A stretch of 64,000 nt of DNA from an uncultured delta proteobacterium. GTDB taxonomy: Bacteria; Desulfobacterota; Desulfobacteria; Desulfobacterales; UBA2156. Shown piece by piece: positions 59,423 to 64,000 of this stretch; within the stretch, counting starts at the first letter, position 1; each line of letters opens with the position of its first letter. The notes under the pieces were generated by a model. It did not search any database. It was given only the letters and a program-made list of their open reading frames with translations, and had not been told where the DNA came from. The stretch lies in assembly GCA_963736855.1 (NCBI GenBank), contig CAVTQK010000013.1, positions 1-64,000 of the forward strand, given 5' to 3'. Made by a program: the position numbers and the translations under genes.

Positions 59423-61024
59423 ATGAATGCAAAAACACTCATCATCGGCGGCGGAGCATGCAGCCGAAACATGGCAAAAGAACTCATGCGGTCAGGGAGT
59501 TCGGTAGTAATCGCCGGTTTCAATTCATCGGATGCAGCCCCCTTGTCGATTCAATCGTCCCCTGACGCCGGGGATTTGTTGGAAATCATGGACGGGAGTC
59601 AAATCCGATCCTGCACCGGATCCGCCGGTCAATTCATAGTGGAATGGGTGGCCGATGGCCGCCGGATCCGCAGGGAAGTCCAGCACATCATCGTGGCCGA
59701 GGATACGGTCAGGCATGTCAACGGGTCCCTTTACGGGCTGAAGGAAGGCCCCCGGGTGGTTTCGATTTCGGGTTTTAAATCCCTCATGAGATCCTCTTCA
59801 GAGAAACCGTTCCTTCCCGGGTCGGCTTCCCGGGTCGCGTTTTTAACCGGCCTCTTCCATGAGAGTCTTCCACTCATGGCAGAAGAAATGATGCAGGCCG
59901 CGCTGGATTCGCAGCGGGACGCCGGAGTCCAGGCCTATATCTTCACCGGCAACCTCAAGGTCGCCGGAGACGGATTGGAGACGCTTTCCCGGAAAGCCAA
60001 GGAAACCGGGGTCATCTTTGTAAAATTCACCAACACGCCCCCGGAAATTACGCAAACCGAAGACGGATTCGTCACCTTGACTTACCTGGATGAAATTATT
60101 CGACAAAAGTGTATCCTTCGGCCGGATCTTACCGTTTTAGACGAAACCATCCTCCCTTCACCGAATCTGAGTGCCATCGCCGAAATGCTTCAGTTGGAAA
60201 CCGGACCGGATGGTTTTACACAAGCGGACAATGTTTATCGACTTCCCACAAGCACCAATCGAAAAGGCATCCGGGCCGTCGGTCCGGCCCGCGGCGTTTC
60301 CTCCCCTTCACTCACCGGTTCGGAAATCGCTCATACCACCTTATCCATCGCTTTCCCGGAAGAGATCGGTTCTGACACGGAAAGAAAAGCCCGCATCGAA
60401 ATTGAGCAATGCGTCCGTTGCCTGACCTGCTTCCGGATCTGCCCTTACCGAGCCGTGGAGCTATCCCCCCGCCCCGTCATTTCCACTACGGCATGTGAAG
60501 GGTGCGGCATTTGCGCAGCCGAGTGTCCCCGAGATGCGATTGTGCTCCCTGCTTTTCCATCGGATGACAAAGCCTTGTCGCTACCAAAAGACTCCACAGA
60601 CTCTTTAAGATCTTCCGGGTTCGTTCCCGACGTGACGATTTTTTGCTGCTTGCGGTCCTCAGTCCCCGCGCGCAACATGGCCTCGGCCATGGGCGGCGAT
60701 TGGCCGGGAAACCTTGCCTTTGTCGATGTGCCCTGTGCAGGTGCGGTCTCCCAATTCCATTTGTTGGAGGCACTCCGCAGGGGCGCCGACGGAGTGCTGG
60801 TGATCGGCTGTCACGGGGACAACTGTCATTCCAATCGCGGGACCCTTCTGGCACGAAATCGTTTGAGTTCCACCCAGGAAACCCTGACCGCTCTGGGATT
60901 GCCTGAAAAACGATTGGCATTTCAAAGCCTGGCCGCGAATATGGGCTTCGAATTTTCGCAAACCGTCTCCGGTTTTATCCGGGGGCTTGCACCACTGGGC
61001 CCCAGCCCTCTCAAAGCTTTATGA
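59423..61024 (+). CDS. Divergent HdrA-like protein fused to ferredoxin and MvhD/FlpD domains (QmoB-like)
   Basis: CVRCLTCFRICP, CEGCGICAAECP, VPCAG, GADGVLVIGCHGDNCH. Confidence 0.85.
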   Translation: MNAKTLIIGGGACSRNMAKELMRSGSSVVIAGFNSSDAAPLSIQSSPDAGDLLEIMDGSQIRSCTGSAGQFIVEWVADGRRIRREVQHIIVAEDTVRHVNGSLYGLKEGPRVVSISGFKSLMRSSSEKPFLPGSASRVAFLTGLFHESLPLMAEEMMQAALDSQRDAGVQAYIFTGNLKVAGDGLETLSRKAKETGVIFVKFTNTPPEITQTEDGFVTLTYLDEIIRQKCILRPDLTVLDETILPSPNLSAIAEMLQLETGPDGFTQADNVYRLPTSTNRKGIRAVGPARGVSSPSLTGSEIAHTTLSIAFPEEIGSDTERKARIEIEQCVRCLTCFRICPYRAVELSPRPVISTTACEGCGICAAECPRDAIVLPAFPSDDKALSLPKDSTDSLRSSGFVPDVTIFCCLRSSVPARNMASAMGGDWPGNLAFVDVPCAGAVSQFHLLEALRRGADGVLVIGCHGDNCHSNRGTLLARNRLSSTQETLTALGLPEKRLAFQSLAANMGFEFSQTVSGFIRGLAPLGPSPLKAL

Positions 61025-61045
61025 AAATCAAGGAGACCTCCAACA

Positions 61046-62272
61046 ATGGAAAATGATGGGCTCGTCGCATTGAACACATTGGAGCATGGATGCTTTCGCT
61101 CCTGGCCGTTTCTACAGGATTACTGCCTGACTTGCGGAATCTGCGCATCCTCATGCCCTGCCTCCGGTATCGACGGGTTCGATCCAAGGAAGCTCGTGAG
61201 AATGACCTCTTTGGGCTTAGAAGAAACAATAGTATCGGCCCGATGGCCCTGGATCTGCACCATGTGCGGTAAATGCGCCAACGTCTGCCCCATGGATATC
61301 GACATCCCCGGTTTGGTCCGCAGAATCCGTTCGCTTCGGAATCGCGAAAAAGTTCCAGGCATCACTCACAAGGGACTGCAAGCGGCCCTGGAAACTGGGA
61401 ACAATCTCCGCCTTCCCAAAGACGACTATATTTTCATCCTGGAAGATGTCGGTGAAGAAATCGCTCAGGAGCCGGGATTCGAGAGCTTTACGGTTCCCAT
61501 CGACAAAAAAGGCGCAAGGATACTGACCACCATTCACAACAAGCTGGTCAACACCCATACGGAGGACCTGAAGCACTGGTGGAAGATCTTTCACGCCGCC
61601 GGTGAAGACTGGACAGTCCCTTCTGAGAACTGGGAAGGAACCAACTGGGGGTATTTCACCGGCGACGATGAGGCCATGAAAATAATGACCGGCCGCATTG
61701 CCGAAAACATGGAGCGGCTCGACATCGACACTCTCCTCTGGCCCGAGTGAGGGCATGCCTACTTAGCAACCCGGTCGGGGTTCGAAGCGCACTATCCGGA
61801 AGTCTTAAAAAAATACCATTTCGTTACCGTGTTCGATCTCCTCATCGAATACATCCGGGAAAAGAAAATCCGCCTGGACAAGTCCCGGTTCAAGGATCGC
61901 ACAGCCACCTATCACGACCCCTGCAACTACGGAAGACAGGCCCAGCGCCGCTTCGGGCATGGTTTTTTCGAAGAGCCGCGATGGATCTTAAGTCAATGTA
62001 TGGAAAACTGGCGGGATCTGTATCCTTGCCAAATGAACCAGATCTGCTGCGGAGGGGGCGGAGGCACGCTGACTACGGGATACAATGAGGAGCGGATCTT
62101 TTACGCCCGGCGCAAGTTCGATCAAATCCGGACATCCGGAGCCGATATGCTCGTGGTCCCCTGTCATAGCTGCCACGGCCAGTTCAACGCGGTAAAAAAA
62201 GACTACGGCATGGAAGACCTGGAAGTCAAATACCTCTGGGAGCTCGTGGCGGATTGTCTGGTTGTCGGATAG
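61046..62272 (+). CDS. HdrD/GlpC-like Fe-S oxidoreductase with CCG domain; predicted selenoprotein (TGA 61748-61750)
   Basis: ORFs 61046-61750 and 61829-62272 share a frame and read through as WPE-U-GHAY; YHDPCN, CCGGGGG, PCHSC. Confidence 0.85.
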
Positions 62273-62332
62273 GTGTTGGATTTGGATTGGTGGAGTTTTC
62301 TTTCCGACACCCAAAGCGCCTGTTCGAATCCT

Positions 62333-63551
62333 TCACATGCCTTTCAAGGAATCCAAAGCGTCAATGACGGCCTTGGCAAATTCCGGGTCGTTGATGGGGT
62401 ACGGCAAAAGACTTAAAGGAATTTTTTCATTCAGATATTTTTGCAAGGTATCGGCAAACCGTTGCGGACCTTCGGGATCGTGGAGAGGGCCTTCTTTTGC
62501 GTCAAAGGCGGAAAAGCCACCCATGGGAATACAGGATTTTTACCGGGCTGGTCGCGTCGTTGCAAGATTTCGCAATGGTTTTCGCCAGCATTTCCAGCTC
62601 ATCTCGAGTGGTTCGAACAACGGTGATGGCCGCGTTATGAACATGATAGGGGCGATCGGGGAATCGGAGACGGGCGGTTTCCAGGGGGCCGGTGACCAGA
62701 AAGTCGATGTTTCCCGGTACCAGGATCGTCGGCACCTGATTCTTTATGGCGGTTTTCCCTCGATCCGGTCCGGCATCATAATCGCCGCCGAAATGATGAT
62801 CCGCAATTTCGTGAAGTGAAAGATCCACCAGGGCCGTCACTTTCTCTTGCTTAATCATCTCTTCCATGGACTTTCCGCCGGATCCCACCGTATGAAAAGT
62901 GACGACTTCACACCCTTGGCTCTCCAGGGTCCTGCGGACATGCTGGGCGCAAGCTTCGGTGGTGCCCAGCGTCGAAATAAAAACCAATGGTTTTTCAACC
63001 TTTTCATCCGAAACCGGGCATTTCAACATACCGGCCAGCGCCGCGGCGCCGTTGCGCAATATCTTTCTGGTCACTCGATTCAGGCCTGAAAGATCGCACA
63101 CCGAATGCAACATCAGGATGTCTTTCGTCCCCACGAAGGCGCGGGTGTCCCGGGAGGCCATGGTGGAAATCATCACCTTGGGAATGCCGACAGGCAAGGA
63201 CCGCATCACCGCCGTTCCCAGGGTCGTTCCCATGGACCCCCCCAGGCCGATGACACCCTGGAATCGGTCCTGTTGAAATAGTTCCGACGCGATCTTGACG
63301 GCACCCCGTGTCATGACCTCCAGGGCTTTTCCTTCATGACCGAGGGTCTGGACCTCGGCCAGCGGCTTTCCGCCGGCCCGGGCCACATCGATCCGGTGGA
63401 TATCCACAGGGACCGGACTTTCTCCCCGGATTCCGGCATCCATGATCAGCACCGATACACCGGCTTCCTCTAGATACGATTTGATGAAAAGGGCTTCTCA
63501 GCCCTTGGTATCCATGGTGGCAACCAGCAGGGCGTTTCCGGAATCCTTCAA
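62333..63551 (-). CDS. Tm-1-like ATP-binding (UPF0261) protein; in-frame TGA at 63498-63500 and frameshift at about 62530
   Basis: ATMDTKG*E, GLGGSMGT, LPVGIPKVMIST, FHTVGSGG, INDPEFA. Confidence 0.8.
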
Positions 63552-63617
63552 GGGAATCTCCTCAAGATGAAATCGGCATTTTTCGCCATTGGAATTTTTC
63601 TATTCTTTAATTCTTTT

Positions 63618-64000
63618 TTATTCCTCGGACACCAGACAGGCTTCCCAGCCGAGCATGGCTTTTTTCCGCGCCGGGCCGCCGCCGTAGTTACCGAATTCAG
63701 CCGTCTTTCGCACCACCCGGTGGCAGGGGATGATGAAAGAGACAGGGTTCTTGCCGACGGCGTTTCCTACGGCTCGCACTGCCTTGGGAAATCCGATGGA
63801 AATCGCGATGTCCTCGTAGGATACGACTGTGCCCATCGGAATCCGCAGCAACGCCTCCCATACTTTGATCTGAAAGTTCGTCCCTGCGATCATCACCGGA
63901 ATCGGGTTCGACCGCCGCCACAGCGACGGGTCGAAGATACGCACCACCAGCGGTCTTGTATCGGCCGGGTTTTCGATCAGACGGGCGTTCTTCCAGGCGT
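63618..64000 (-). CDS. Methylated-DNA-protein-cysteine methyltransferase (Ada/Ogt), C-terminal part
   Basis: GTNFQIKVWEAL, AVRAVG, IIPCHRV. Confidence 0.92.
   Translation of the reverse strand, partial: AWKNARLIENPADTRPLVVRIFDPSLWRRSNPIPVMIAGTNFQIKVWEALLRIPMGTVVSYEDIAISIGFPKAVRAVGNAVGKNPVSFIIPCHRVVRKTAEFGNYGGGPARKKAMLGWEACLVSEE

Noticed and set aside
63498..63500. In-frame TGA in the UPF0261 gene as a third selenocysteine
   Set aside because: The position (DTKGxE) is not a Cys column in this family as I recall it and no convincing SECIS follows; more likely a nonsense change or an error

Overview
A chromosomal segment from an anaerobic bacterium, most likely Desulfobacterota (inferred from gene content). 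It mixes metabolic genes with decayed accessory regions. Metabolic and housekeeping genes include a selenocysteine formate dehydrogenase, TRAP, ABC and MFS transporters, nadE, a stand-alone fusA, and a DsrE-HdrA-HdrA/MvhD-HdrD-like operon whose last gene also appears to encode selenocysteine. There are three main accessory blocks. (1) A type III-like restriction/modification locus. (2) An integron cassette array on the minus strand, with three attC sites, an attI-like site, two toxin-antitoxin cassettes and only a stub where intI should be; a deletion fuses it to the RM locus. (3) A ~12 kb RiPP-like island with lasso-type machinery (Asn-synthetase-like cyclase, PqqD/RRE, HPr-kinase-like protein, nucleotidyltransferase) plus two tandem radical SAM paralogs, a cupin and glycosyltransferases, but no B2 peptidase and no clear precursor. 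Remnants of IS3, IS91-like, group II intron and MITE-like elements are also present. Many genes carry single-base frameshifts that may be assembly errors rather than real lesions. No tRNA, rRNA or CRISPR array was seen. All family calls come from motif recognition; no database searches were run.
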